64,000 bases of DNA from an uncultured Nitrososphaerota archaeon (GCA_963838925.1 CAWISW010000003.1:128001-192000); one strand, 5' to 3'. Positions 9,203 through 19,201 are shown, counted from the stretch's first letter. Numbers and translations are program-made. Notes: generated by a model not told the origin, from the letters alone.

Positions 9203-9385
9203 TTGCCCGTGACTCAGCTCTGCGGCAAGGCGCTGGTAGGCCAGACCTGGCACGTCCACCACTGCGTCAACGACAGGGATGACCTCCACGGCCAGAGCCA
9301 CTCCTGCCCCTGCGGCCACGAGTGGACCAACGAAGAGCAGCTCACCCTCGCTCCGTACCTCAAGGTATACGCCGAAGCAGGCTAG
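9203..9385 (+). CDS. small His/Cys-rich putative metal-binding protein
   Basis: C...HVHHC...HSCPCGHEW; TTG/GTG start inferred. Confidence 0.55.
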   Translation: MPVTQLCGKALVGQTWHVHHCVNDRDDLHGQSHSCPCGHEWTNEEQLTLAPYLKVYAEAG

Positions 9386-9465
9386 GCCCCCTGCACGCCA
9401 GGGCAAAGATTGTAAGGCGGCGCACGCACGAAGCTTCGTTCTACTTGTTCTACAAGGGAGGCAAG

Positions 9466-10086
9466 ATGGCTGCGACGTCCCCGAACACCGACCTGCACGG
9501 CTACGGTGACGCGATCAGGAAGGAGCTGGGAAGGCGCGTCCCCCGGGACAAGAAGCTGAAGGTCCTCGACGTGGGGACGGGGTTCGGGATCAACGTCGCA
9601 TATCTCGCGAAGCGGCTCTCGAAGGGGAGCGAGATCTGGACGGTGGACCCCTCGACGGAGGTCCTGGTGAACGTGAAGGCGGACCTCGCCGAGGCGGCGG
9701 CCCGCGTGAACTTCGTGGAGGCGACCGCGGACGACATGGACTTTGGCGACGGGTTCTTCGACCTCGTCGTGTCGGTGATGGTGCTCCACCACATCGAGAA
9801 GCTCCGGCCCGCCCTGAGGGAGATGGCGAGGGTCACGAAGCCCGGGGGGAGCATGGTGATAGTCGACTACAAGCCCGAGGCGTCGCGCGAGCTGGAGTTC
9901 AAGACGCTCCACGAGGAGGAGGACTTCTTCACGCCTCGGGCCGTGAGCGAGACGCTACGCGAGCTGGGGCTGTCGCCCAAGCCGTCCGACTTCGGGGTCT
10001 GGTATCTGGTCGAGGCGAAGAAGCGCGCTAGCGCTCGGCCTGCAAGGGCGCGGGGCGGACGCGCGAGAGCGCGAGCGGCAAGATGA
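9466..10086 (+). CDS. class I SAM-dependent methyltransferase
   Basis: VLDVGTGFG, FDLVVS..VLHH, RVTKPGG motifs. Confidence 0.9.
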   Translation: MAATSPNTDLHGYGDAIRKELGRRVPRDKKLKVLDVGTGFGINVAYLAKRLSKGSEIWTVDPSTEVLVNVKADLAEAAARVNFVEATADDMDFGDGFFDLVVSVMVLHHIEKLRPALREMARVTKPGGSMVIVDYKPEASRELEFKTLHEEEDFFTPRAVSETLRELGLSPKPSDFGVWYLVEAKKRASARPARARGGRARARAAR

Positions 10087-11290
10087 AGACCGCGGTGTAC
10101 AGGCCCCCCGTCAGCCAAGCCAGCGGATAGCCGTAGTTGACGACGACATAGGAGAAGAGGTAGGGCGCCCAGAAGCTGAACATGAGCTGCACGCAGTTCA
10201 CCCAGCTTAGGGCGATCGCCCTTTCGTTCCTGTCCTGGGCCGAGTGCCAAGCCGTCCCGAACGCGATCGTGTAGCCGACCCCGCTCGCGAGGCCGACGGT
10301 GACCGCGGAGAAGGCGACGGCCAACGGGGTGGCCAAGGCTGCCGCCGCGACGGCGAAGCCCATGGCGAGGCCCGCCAGGGCCAGCACCAGCTTGACCCTG
10401 ACGACCCTGTCGTGGAAGTGGCCGGCCAGCGGCGCCGTGAAGAGGCCCGCCAGTATCACCAGGCTCCCCAGCCCGCCCGACATCCCCGCGGAGAGCCCCA
10501 GGCTGTCGTGGAGATAGACCTCCGCGAAGGTCGCCACGAGGGTGTTCGCGATGTTGTAGGAGAGGAGGACCCCGCCGACCAGCAGGAGCCACCTGTCGAG
10601 GAGGAGGCGCTTCAACGCGGGGATGCGGATCGCGGACTTGCCGGGGGGCGGGTCGCGCGGCACGACCAAGAGGAGGAAGAGGGTCGCTATCATGCCCAGC
10701 CCGCCGATGATCACCATGCTCGACCTCCACCCCACCGCGTCGGCCACCAGCGCCCACACTCCGAGCCCTATCCCCCCTCCGAGGGACGCGGTCGCGTTGT
10801 TAATCCCGAGGACGAACCCGGCGCGGCCCGGGCGCGAGTGGTTGGTCATCAGGGATATGCTCGCCGGGAAGAAGAGCGCCATCCCCATGCCGCTGAAGAA
10901 CCTGAGGACGGCGATGGCCTCGATGCTCTGCGCCGCCGCGATGAGCAGGCCGGAGCCCGACAGGAGGGCCATCCCCAGGATGCAGAGCCTCTTCGGGCCG
11001 TACCTCGCGGAAAGGATGGCCCCGGGCACCTGGAAAAAGCCGATGCCCACGAGGAACGTCGAGGAGATGAGGCCCAGGCCGGAGACCTGCTCGTGGAGGT
11101 CGAGCGCGATGAGGTAGAATATCGGGGGTATCGAGAACCAGTTGATCGAGTAGAAGAGCCTGTTCGCCAGCACCGTTGCGACGGCCAGGCGGTCCTGAGA
11201 CTCTTCTACCAATTTGGCGGCCCGGGTGCGGCTGCCCACGCTATGCCTCTTTAGGTGTTGGGAGCGGGAATCTGGATGAAGCGTGGCCAA
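10028..11290 (-). CDS. MFS transporter (start uncertain)
   Basis: About 12 TM helices, G.LS.RYG.K motif A. Confidence 0.9.
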   Translation of the reverse strand: MATLHPDSRSQHLKRHSVGSRTRAAKLVEESQDRLAVATVLANRLFYSINWFSIPPIFYLIALDLHEQVSGLGLISSTFLVGIGFFQVPGAILSARYGPKRLCILGMALLSGSGLLIAAAQSIEAIAVLRFFSGMGMALFFPASISLMTNHSRPGRAGFVLGINNATASLGGGIGLGVWALVADAVGWRSSMVIIGGLGMIATLFLLLVVPRDPPPGKSAIRIPALKRLLLDRWLLLVGGVLLSYNIANTLVATFAEVYLHDSLGLSAGMSGGLGSLVILAGLFTAPLAGHFHDRVVRVKLVLALAGLAMGFAVAAAALATPLAVAFSAVTVGLASGVGYTIAFGTAWHSAQDRNERAIALSWVNCVQLMFSFWAPYLFSYVVVNYGYPLAWLTGGLYTAVFILPLALSRVRPAPLQAER

Positions 11291-11344
11291 GGCGGAGGTT
11301 GCGGCTCCGCCCTGGGCGCTTCGTAAGGTCTGGGTTCTCTGGGC

Positions 11345-11686
11345 CTAGTTTCCAACGACCATGGCGCGCATCGCCCGGATGGCTTCGCGGTCCTGGTCTG
11401 CCGCCGACTGGAACGACTGGAGGGGCGAGACCGTCCATCTCATGGCCCCCCAGAACGGGAGGGTCCTGAGCAGCCTGCCTACCTCGGCGTTCGAGTCCAC
11501 GTCGATGATGAAAGCTGCCTCCCTGGCGCCGGAGACGACGCCGCCGACGATCTTCTTCTCCTCGGCGTGCTTCGACAGCGCCTCGAGGCTGGGGCTCACG
11601 ACCTGCTGGACGTACATGGCCGACTCCTCGGGCGTCTTGCCCGCGAGTATCTCCTCGATGAATTCGCCCTTGACTAGGTAGTGCAT
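11345..11686 (-). CDS. muconolactone isomerase-like / dimeric alpha-beta barrel protein
   Basis: IIDVDSNAEV..LL..LPFW....W.V.PL pattern. Confidence 0.6.
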   Translation of the reverse strand: MHYLVKGEFIEEILAGKTPEESAMYVQQVVSPSLEALSKHAEEKKIVGGVVSGAREAAFIIDVDSNAEVGRLLRTLPFWGAMRWTVSPLQSFQSAADQDREAIRAMRAMVVGN

Positions 11687-11800
11687 TTGGGACGGAACTG
11701 CCGCGATTCGCATTTACGCCTTGGCGAAGTGGAAACGGTCGCAGGGGTGAGGCGACGGCGGCCTATTGTAGGCGCCGGGTTCCACGGTTTGTCAGTCGGC

Positions 11801-12334
11801 TCAGACCTCCATCCACTTGATGCTGCAGCCGAACGGCCTCGTGTCCGCGACCGTGGGGGCCCTCCCCGTCAGCATCTGGTCGAGGGCGTTCCTCAGGTCG
11901 TTGGACTTGACAGCCGACGGGTCCCTCGAGTCGTCTATCCTGCCCCTGTAGCGGAGCCTCCTCTCCTTGTCGAACGCGAAGACGTGCGGGGTGCAGACCG
12001 CGCCGTACGCCTCGGCGACCTTCTGGTCGGGGTCCCTCAGGTAGGGGAAGTTGAAGCCCTTCTGCTTCGCCCTCTTGACCATCTCCGGGTAGCCGTCCTC
12101 TGGGTAGGCCTTGTCGTCGTTAGCGTTGATCGCGACGAGCTGGACTCCCCTGCCCGCGTAGTCCCTCTGGATCGCGACCATGCGATCTTCGTATGCCTGG
12201 ACGTAAGGGCAATGATTGCAAGTGAACATGACGACCAATACAGGCTTGTCGCCGAACGAGCTCAGGGAGTAGGCCTTCCCGTCCGCTCCCTTGAGCTGGA
12301 GGAAGTCCGGCGCCGTGGCCCCTAGCTCGAGCAC
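11801..12334 (-). CDS. thioredoxin-family (AhpC/TSA-like) protein
   Basis: APDF.L, CNHCPYV, FPYL.D, CTP, Y.GRIDD, GCSIKW. Confidence 0.92.
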   Translation of the reverse strand: MLELGATAPDFLQLKGADGKAYSLSSFGDKPVLVVMFTCNHCPYVQAYEDRMVAIQRDYAGRGVQLVAINANDDKAYPEDGYPEMVKRAKQKGFNFPYLRDPDQKVAEAYGAVCTPHVFAFDKERRLRYRGRIDDSRDPSAVKSNDLRNALDQMLTGRAPTVADTRPFGCSIKWMEV

Positions 12335-12392
12335 GGGGGCGCGGCGCTCTTCCCACGACTTAACCGTTTGCGGCTTGCCTGTGCGGGTCGCG

Positions 12393-13051
12393 TCAGAACC
12401 CTATCGGCTCGCGGACGAGGACGACGGTGGAGCGCCCGGGCCAGTCCCCGTTGACTATCAGGAACTTCAGCAGCGCGCTGGGCATGCCGTACTTCTCCCT
12501 CGCCCGGATGTCTTCCTTCGGATAGGCGTAGAATTGCACCCTCGCCATGGCCGAGTCGAGGTCGGACACTATCTTCTGCGAGCCCACGACCCAGATCACC
12601 TTGCCGGCGCTGCTCGCGTACGGGCCGAGCTGGCTGCCGCTTGCGGACGCGGCGACGACCCTCCCGTCCTCGGTGATTGCGTGGACGCTTCCGACCACGA
12701 CGTCGGGGGAGGCGGAGAGCCTTCTCATCTCGGCCCTCTGGGTGTTCCTGTCCATCTTCTCCAGCTGCGGCATGACGGCGTTGAACTTGCCCGACCTGTT
12801 GATGTCGTCGAAGAGGCCCAGAGCCTCACGGTCTCGCTCGAGGCGGTAAGGATCGACTGGTCCTTGGGGAGGATCGAATTGACGTAGGCCCGGGCCTGTG
12901 CCGGGGTGTCGACAACTTCGACGGCGAAGTTGTGCGCCCTGAGGGCGCTCGCCGCCTTCTGGATCCTCTCCTCGGAGGCTGGCTTTGCGAACGACTCGTC
13001 TATCGGGAGCCCGAACTCGGTCTTGGTCTGAATCTGCTCTGTTGTGGTCAT
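12393..13051 (-). pseudogene. LUD-domain (LutC/YkgG-like) protein with a 1-nt frameshift near 12820
   Basis: N-terminal half ends ...SETVRL; the C-terminal half (GLFDDINRSGKF...GSVHAITEDG...VGSQKIV) is in another frame. Confidence 0.75.
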
Positions 13052-13237
13052 ATCAATATCGGATATCCCATATTGGGAGCCCAATATAAGGGTGTTGGGA
13101 GGATCTTGGCTGCCGGCGGAGCTGTCCCGGCTCACCTGTTAGGTTTTGCGTTATTTCAACATAGTCTCTATAGCCCACATCGAAGTATAGAGGAGCCTTC
13201 GGGCTGGTTCATTATCCCGGGAGCCCTCTCTAGAGGT

Positions 13238-13687
13238 ATGCCACGCGTCAGAGATTTGATGACCGTAGACGTGCCGCTTACCACCTTGAACACCCCCGTC
13301 AGCGACGCCGCAAGGCTGATGAGGGCGACCGACAGGGACAGCCTGATAGTCTTCGACCTCGGGAGGGCGATAGGAATCGTGACCGAGAGGGACATCATCA
13401 GGAAGATTACCGCGGAGGGAAGGGACCCTATGAAGGTTCACGTGGGAGACATAGTGTCGTCGCCGCTCATCACCATCCACCCCGACAAGTCCGCAAGGCA
13501 GGCCGCCGTGCTGATGCTCGGGAATAAGATCAGGCACCTTCCGGTCGTCAAGGAGAACCGGCTCCTGGGGATAATCACGCTCCAGGACTTTGCGAAGCAC
13601 ATGAGCAAGAAGGGCGTCAAGGACGAGATCCTAGAGTCCTTGGGGAAGGACGCCGACCAGCCGCTCGCGATGCTGCAGTCAAGCTAG
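13238..13687 (+). CDS. CBS-domain pair protein
   Basis: VRDLM, GIVTERD, IRHLPVV, GIIT..D; ATG at 13238. Confidence 0.9.
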   Translation: MPRVRDLMTVDVPLTTLNTPVSDAARLMRATDRDSLIVFDLGRAIGIVTERDIIRKITAEGRDPMKVHVGDIVSSPLITIHPDKSARQAAVLMLGNKIRHLPVVKENRLLGIITLQDFAKHMSKKGVKDEILESLGKDADQPLAMLQSS

Positions 13688-13760
13688 TCGCACGAGCCCT
13701 AGTCGGGCACCCGGAAGCAATAAGCCGGGGCAATATCTCAGAGCCCATTGGTAGCTCTCG

Positions 13761-14717
13761 ATGTCCGTCACACATCCCGAAAGGGAAGCTTTTCGTCTTT
13801 GGATGAGCTCGGGCGAGAAGGTCGGCCAGGAGAGGATAGCCACGCAGAAGGAGGCCGTTGCGAAGCTGAAGGCGATCGTCGACGACCATGGCTACGACGA
13901 GGGGTTCCGGCTCTTCCTCACGGTCACGCTCAGGAAGTGGAACGGGATGGTGGCGACGGAGGAGGGCGACTGGATCAAGGCGCGGTTCGAGTTCTCCCAG
14001 GGCAGGAGGCTCGCCGAGACGCACGACCCCGGGAGCCTCCCCTGGTTCGACGCCGCCATAGAGGAGACGGAGGTCTGGACGGCCCTCACGTCGACCCGCC
14101 TCTCCTTCGACTCGCTCGAGGGCCTGTCGAAGAGGCTCGAGGAGGTCTCGATACTCTACGCCGCGGGCTCAGACCGGTCCAACGCGGAGTTCACGAGCGA
14201 CTGGAGCCAGTGGCTCAAGCTCTTCCTCGAGCCGGCCGTCCCTCCACAGGGCCTCTCCGAGAGGATCCTGACCTACGTCGAGACACGGATGCCTGAGGGA
14301 GAGCCCGGCGCGGAGCTTCCCGTGAGGGAGGTCCCGCTGGCCAAGGACGCGTTCGAGTGGAACTTCTTCTGGCTGTCGAGGCTTGCGCGGGAGACCACGA
14401 ACTCTCTGAAGGAGGTTCTCGGGGAGGAGGCGCCCCTCGAGGCCCTGGCGCGGGGCGCAGCCGTCCTAGCCGCCCCTCCCGGAGACCTCGCCCTGCTGCT
14501 CAAGCTGGACCTCTCGAGGGAGCGCGAGATCCCGCCCCCGCAGTCCTACGCGGAGCTGCTCCACCGTCTGAAGACAGACCTGGAGAACTTCAGGAGGGCG
14601 GAGGAGAGCTGCAAGGACTATCTCGCAGAGGTCAGGAGGCAGTGGGCGTCCTCCCCCCAGAAGAGGAAGGAGCAGGTGGCCAAGGCCGTCTTCCCCGAGA
14701 GGAAGCTCGTGCCGTGA
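13761..14717 (+). CDS. hypothetical protein
   Basis: 318-aa ORF with host-like codon usage. Confidence 0.7.
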   Translation: MSVTHPEREAFRLWMSSGEKVGQERIATQKEAVAKLKAIVDDHGYDEGFRLFLTVTLRKWNGMVATEEGDWIKARFEFSQGRRLAETHDPGSLPWFDAAIEETEVWTALTSTRLSFDSLEGLSKRLEEVSILYAAGSDRSNAEFTSDWSQWLKLFLEPAVPPQGLSERILTYVETRMPEGEPGAELPVREVPLAKDAFEWNFFWLSRLARETTNSLKEVLGEEAPLEALARGAAVLAAPPGDLALLLKLDLSREREIPPPQSYAELLHRLKTDLENFRRAEESCKDYLAEVRRQWASSPQKRKEQVAKAVFPERKLVP

Positions 14718-14739
14718 AGGTTGCGGTCTTCAGCCAGGC

Positions 14740-15192
14740 TTAGAGCTTCCTCACCATCTCGACCGCGTCGTCCCCGTCCGGGTAGTAGCCCTTGATGGTC
14801 TTGCCTGTCTCGACGAAGGCGAGCTTGCGGTAGAGGTTCCTCGCGCTGCCGTTGTTGGCCGCCACGAAGAGATAGAGCCGGCGGAACCTCCCCGAGAGGT
14901 GGGCGATGGCGGAATTCATCAGCATCTCGCCGACTCCCTTCCTCCTGAACTCGGGCGACACCGCTATGGACTGGATCCAGCCCTCGCCCTCGTGGGGCAT
15001 CGCCACGACGTATCCTATCACGGCGTCTTCTTTGCACGCGACGACGAAGCCCTTGCCCGCGACCAGAAGGAAGTAGAGGAAGTCGCGCTTCTTGTACGGC
15101 CGCTTGGGGAAGGAAGTCTTCTCTATCTGGGTGACGACGTCCAGGTCCCTGAACTCACAGGCCCTGAGCTCAGCGCCGCTGAGCGGCATCAC
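14740..15192 (-). CDS. RimI-like GNAT acetyltransferase
   Basis: IEKTSF, SIAVSPEFRRKGVG, YY.DG.DA..M. Confidence 0.9.
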   Translation of the reverse strand: MMPLSGAELRACEFRDLDVVTQIEKTSFPKRPYKKRDFLYFLLVAGKGFVVACKEDAVIGYVVAMPHEGEGWIQSIAVSPEFRRKGVGEMLMNSAIAHLSGRFRRLYLFVAANNGSARNLYRKLAFVETGKTIKGYYPDGDDAVEMVRKL

Positions 15193-15228
15193 TCGCTCGA
15201 CCCGGCGTCAGACAGCCCCAGAGGCGAA

Positions 15229-15816
15229 CTACCACGCCCGCGACAGGCCATGGGAGCGGGCGGCGCGGTTGTTGCGCCTTGCCTTTGCGGTTGAAAGCGC
15301 GGCTATTATCTCTCCGCAGAAGGCGGGGAGGTCGTCCGGGACGCGCGAGGTGATGAGGTCCCCGTCCCTCACCACGGCCTTGTCAACGTACGTTCCGCCC
15401 GCGTTTACCACGTCGTCCTTGATCGACTTGTAGCAGGTGACGGTCTTCCCCTCGAGCACCTTCGCGGAGACCAGCATGGACCCGGCGTGGCATATCGCGG
15501 CGACGACCTTCCCCTCGTCGTTCGCGTCCTTCACGAACTTCACCATCGCCTCCGACCTCCTCATGTAGTCGGGCGCGAAGCCGCCGGGGATGACGACCGC
15601 GTCGAACTGCTTCGCCTTCGCGACGTCCGCGGAGAGGTCGGCCTTGACCTCGAGCCCGTGCTTGCTCTTGTAGGTCTCGCCCGCGGTCGGGGCCACCACC
15701 GAGACCACCGCCCCTGCCTCCCTCAGGCGAATTAGAGGGTACCAGAGCTCCAGATCTTCATACATATTCTCTGCGAGCACGGCGACTCGCTTACCTTCCA
15801 GCGGCGCGTCCATCAA
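15229..15816 (-). CDS. PfpI/DJ-1 family protein
   Basis: ED.EL.YP, IPGG.AP, AICH, TSR.PDDL. Confidence 0.92.
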   Translation of the reverse strand: MMDAPLEGKRVAVLAENMYEDLELWYPLIRLREAGAVVSVVAPTAGETYKSKHGLEVKADLSADVAKAKQFDAVVIPGGFAPDYMRRSEAMVKFVKDANDEGKVVAAICHAGSMLVSAKVLEGKTVTCYKSIKDDVVNAGGTYVDKAVVRDGDLITSRVPDDLPAFCGEIIAALSTAKARRNNRAARSHGLSRAW

Positions 15817-15924
15817 ATCCCAGCTCCCTCTTCAGGAATTTAAGATTTGAGGGAGGAGGGCGCCCCGTTCTGAAGGGTTCCGGACAATATTAAATAATCG
15901 CGGGTTAGGTTTTTCCCTCGGGCC

Positions 15925-16767
15925 ATGGCAAAGAACATCTTCTCCGAGGTAGAGAAGCAGGCCGACGCCGGGGGCGCGTCCAGGGCGTCTTGGCGCGGGG
16001 TCCTGAGCCTCAACATCCCCACGCTGGGCCTGGGGGCGGTCGAGTACCACCTAAGGGCGGCCAAGGCCCACGGCGACCTCAAGCCCGTCAACTTCGTGAA
16101 GCTGGACAAGAAGACCGGGAAGGAGGTCGTGAGCCGGGAGGTCCCGAGGATGTACCGCTACAAGGAGGGCCCCGAGGGGGAGCGCATCGACGTGGAGGAG
16201 ATCTCTCCCGAGGACGCGAAGAAGAAGGTGAGGTACGACGGCAAGTACATGGTCTCCGTCCGGACTGAGAAGAGGTACTTCCTGAAGCACGAGCTCGAGA
16301 TGTCGGGCCACTGGGTCGAGGTGCCCGTCGACCGCCTCGTGGACAAGCAGGACGGCGAGGAGATAGAGCCCTTCGAGCGGACCACGCGCGTCGAGGTCGA
16401 CAAGGACGGGTTCGTGCCCATCGAGAGGCTCGAGGAGTACAAGTTCAAGGAGGTCTACCAGCTCTCGCCCGACACCGACAAGAGGGTGAAGGAGACCACC
16501 GCGAGGGTCAAGCAGCTCGCGCGCTACCTCCTGGAGAAGCACACGGCGCTCGTCGCGTTCTTCTCGTGGGGGAGGGGCTACCAGTTCTACACGGCGGTGA
16601 TCTACCCGTACGAGCGCAAGGACGGGAAGCTCTGGCTCCTGATGGGGATGAGCGAGGGCATCCTCAAGCTCGACACCGCGTGGGCGCTGGAAAGCGAGCA
16701 GGAGGGCGAGGGCCTCCCGCCTGTGCCGCAGGCTAGGAAGAAGCCCAAGGTCACGATATCGAAGTAG
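15925..16767 (+). CDS. divergent Ku-like DNA end-binding protein
   Basis: RASWRGVLS resembles Ku RxxWxGxIS; NFVKLDKKTG; FVP..L....F...Y.L.PD; lies directly upstream of a ligase. Confidence 0.65.
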   Translation: MAKNIFSEVEKQADAGGASRASWRGVLSLNIPTLGLGAVEYHLRAAKAHGDLKPVNFVKLDKKTGKEVVSREVPRMYRYKEGPEGERIDVEEISPEDAKKKVRYDGKYMVSVRTEKRYFLKHELEMSGHWVEVPVDRLVDKQDGEEIEPFERTTRVEVDKDGFVPIERLEEYKFKEVYQLSPDTDKRVKETTARVKQLARYLLEKHTALVAFFSWGRGYQFYTAVIYPYERKDGKLWLLMGMSEGILKLDTAWALESEQEGEGLPPVPQARKKPKVTISK

Positions 16768-16788
16768 CGTTGTCGTCAGGGTTCCCCG

Positions 16789-17616
16789 ATGAGTGACCTG
16801 CCGGAGTACGTCGCCGAGCACTTCGCCCACGCGGTCAAGCAGGACCTCGCGACCTGGCTGCTGAAGAATCCGTTGCCCTGTCTGGTCGAGCCAAAGATCG
16901 ACGGCATCAGGGTCTTCCTCTTCAAGAGCGGGGACAAGCTCGTCATCTCCAGCAAGCACGGGGCGATGTACACGCCGCAGTCGAGCCCCAAGGTCTTCGC
17001 AACCGTTCCCGAGTTCCTCCACGCCCCACACCAGATGATCCTCGACGGGGAGTACGTCGCGAAGAAGGGGGCGCTGTTCCTCTTCGACGTCCTCAACGTG
17101 GACGGCAGGGACGTCCGCTCGCTCCCCCTGACGGAGAGGAAGAAGATCCTCCGGGAGATACTCGAGGGGACGGGCCTCGAGGTGCCCTACAAGCTCGCAA
17201 AGTCCACGCAGGAGGTCCTCGCCCTCAAGGAGAAGTTCGTCAAACAAGGATACGAGGGCATACTCGCGAAGAATCCCCAGTCGGCGCACGGGCAGCCGGG
17301 CTCGTGGCTGAAGATGAAGAAGTACGACACGCTGGACGTCTTCGTCATGGGCTATGAGAGGACGCAGGACATGGAGATGACCGGCGTCCCCCGGTCCTGG
17401 TTCGTGGGCGTCTATGACGAGGACGGGCACCGCGTCCCGCTGGGCAAGGTGGGGGCCTTCGTCGAGAAGGTCGACCCGCGCAAGGTCGTGAAGGGCGCGG
17501 TCGTCGAGGTACGGTACCAGGAGCTGACCGAGGACAAGAAGCTCCGCGGCGCGTTCATCCTGAGGGTCAGGCACGACAAGCTGCCGAACGAATGCTCGGT
17601 CGCGCAGCTAAGGTGA
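16789..17616 (+). CDS. minimal ATP-dependent DNA ligase (LigD/LigC-type adenylation + OB domains)
   Basis: EPKIDGIR, LDGE, FDVL, EGILAK, WLKMK, VEVRY...LR....R.R.DK. Confidence 0.92.
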   Translation: MSDLPEYVAEHFAHAVKQDLATWLLKNPLPCLVEPKIDGIRVFLFKSGDKLVISSKHGAMYTPQSSPKVFATVPEFLHAPHQMILDGEYVAKKGALFLFDVLNVDGRDVRSLPLTERKKILREILEGTGLEVPYKLAKSTQEVLALKEKFVKQGYEGILAKNPQSAHGQPGSWLKMKKYDTLDVFVMGYERTQDMEMTGVPRSWFVGVYDEDGHRVPLGKVGAFVEKVDPRKVVKGAVVEVRYQELTEDKKLRGAFILRVRHDKLPNECSVAQLR

Positions 17617-17629
17617 GCTGTGGAGACCC

Positions 17630-18163
17630 TTGAAGAAAGACCTCGACCTGAAGTTCGCAAAGGAGGTCGCGGCGGACTTTCAGAAGAAGACCGCCGACCT
17701 ATACGCTAGGTGCGAGTTGGCCGGGAGCGCTCGCCGCAACTCTCCCACAGTCCACGACGTCGACTTCGCGGTCATCCCCCAGGGCGACGACTTTGGCAAG
17801 TGGAAGGCCGAGGTGACGAAGCGCGTCGAGAAGATCGGGGGCGCCGTGGCCACTTTCGGGGAGGTCATCTCCAACTTCACCTACAGGGGCGTGCAAATCA
17901 ACCTCTTCCTCTGTCCCGGGCCGGACTCTTGGGGCGTCACGCTGATGTGGGCGACCGGGCCGACTGGCCACACCATCGGGATGACGATTAAGGCCAAGAA
18001 GAAGGGTCTGCTGATCAACTCGAGGGGCATATGGACTCTGGCCGAGCCCCCGAAGCTGGTGCCGGCGAGGACGGAGCACGACGTCGGGAAGATTCTCGAC
18101 TGGAAGTACAAGCCCCCCGAGACGCGCGGGAAGGACACCAAGAAGGAGCCTGCCTTCTACTGA
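17630..18163 (+). CDS. minimal family-X polymerase-like nucleotidyltransferase (palm + thumb only)
   Basis: AGSARR...HDVDF, WATG, AKKKG..IN..G, TE..V...L...Y.PPE.R. Confidence 0.85.
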   Translation: MKKDLDLKFAKEVAADFQKKTADLYARCELAGSARRNSPTVHDVDFAVIPQGDDFGKWKAEVTKRVEKIGGAVATFGEVISNFTYRGVQINLFLCPGPDSWGVTLMWATGPTGHTIGMTIKAKKKGLLINSRGIWTLAEPPKLVPARTEHDVGKILDWKYKPPETRGKDTKKEPAFY

Positions 18164-18182
18164 GCGACTTGCGTCGGCTGCG

Positions 18183-18317
18183 TCACCAGACCGTCATCAT
18201 CATGCGACTTACCTCTTGGTTGGCCCTCTCCCAATACTTGTAGTAGCACTCGGCGCAAAGAGTGGGGTGGATTCTTGAAGCGGGCTGCCCGCACAAGTCG
18301 CACAGTTTGATGGCCAC
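18183..18317 (-). CDS. small zinc-finger protein (44 aa)
   Basis: CDLCG...LCAECY; GTG start inferred. Confidence 0.5.
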   Translation of the reverse strand: MAIKLCDLCGQPASRIHPTLCAECYYKYWERANQEVSRMMMTVW

Positions 18318-18433
18318 GCTTGCCCCAACCGATGTCCAAGAAAGAGGCGCCCCGAATATTATTCTTTTTGGGCGGGGCTCCACGAGTTCGTCTAACGGTG
18401 GATGCCCCGGCCGGGGCGCGATGAACCCTACGG

Positions 18434-18871
18434 TCAGGCGCCAGGGATTCTGGCCGCCATCAGCTCGAGCGTCTTGGCGAGCCTCGCCCGCCTTCCATTC
18501 AAGGCGTCCGTCTGGGCCTCCAACCCCGCGACCCTCTCTTTCATGACGGAGATGTCCCCCTCTGCCCTGCACTTCTCGATCTCCGCGCCGAGGCGCTGGG
18601 ACCTGGCGGCCATGGTGTCGAGCAGCGTCTTCATCTCTGCGTTGACGCGCTTCGCCTCATCGAGGTCGGCGACGAGGGCGGAGAGCTTCTTGTCTGTGAC
18701 AAGCGTGTAGTTGCGCCTCCCCCTGACGGCGGGAAGGTCTGCCCCGCAGCGATTGCAGTTCATGAGGTCGACTGTGACGGCGTACGACGCCGATCCGAGG
18801 AGAGGTTCGCTGGCCGTCTTGAACGAGCTCCGCTCGGAGAAGCTGTCCCCGTTGCAGCCGGGGCACAGCAT
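18434..18871 (-). CDS. zinc-ribbon + coiled-coil protein
   Basis: CPGC...CNRCG followed by heptad repeats. Confidence 0.7.
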   Translation of the reverse strand: MLCPGCNGDSFSERSSFKTASEPLLGSASYAVTVDLMNCNRCGADLPAVRGRRNYTLVTDKKLSALVADLDEAKRVNAEMKTLLDTMAARSQRLGAEIEKCRAEGDISVMKERVAGLEAQTDALNGRRARLAKTLELMAARIPGA

Positions 18872-18937
18872 GGCTGCTGCAGGTCGCCTCGAGGGCGTGG
18901 CAGTGGGCAAGGCGCGGGACCGCGTCCTAACTGCGTC

Positions 18938-19201
18938 CTAGTTCGAAGGGACAGATGGAGTGGATTGGTCGTGCTCGAGCGCGGGCTTTCCTTCCGCCAG
19001 CGACCGTAGCATGTCCCTGACGAGGCTGAGCGAGTTGTTCCCCGATTCCAGGAGCGTTGCGTACCTGGACATCTCCAGTATGGGAATCTGCTCCACGAGC
19101 ACCGAAATCTCATTTTCCAACGACGACTTCTTCTGCTCTAGGTCGTGCAACCGTGCCTCTATGTCTTCCTTCCTTCCCTGCGTTTCGCTCATGGATTCCA
19201 T
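18938..19201 (-). CDS. small coiled-coil protein
   Basis: Heptad pattern; co-oriented with the downstream gene. Confidence 0.6.
   Translation of the reverse strand: MESMSETQGRKEDIEARLHDLEQKKSSLENEISVLVEQIPILEMSRYATLLESGNNSLSLVRDMLRSLAEGKPALEHDQSTPSVPSN

Noticed and set aside
16051-17574. Long antisense and overlapping ORFs in the GC-rich region (e.g. 507 aa here; also 269-1078, 10244-11254, 26941-28089, 50122-51198)
   Set aside because: Shadow ORFs typical of high-GC coding DNA, lying opposite genes with clear motifs.
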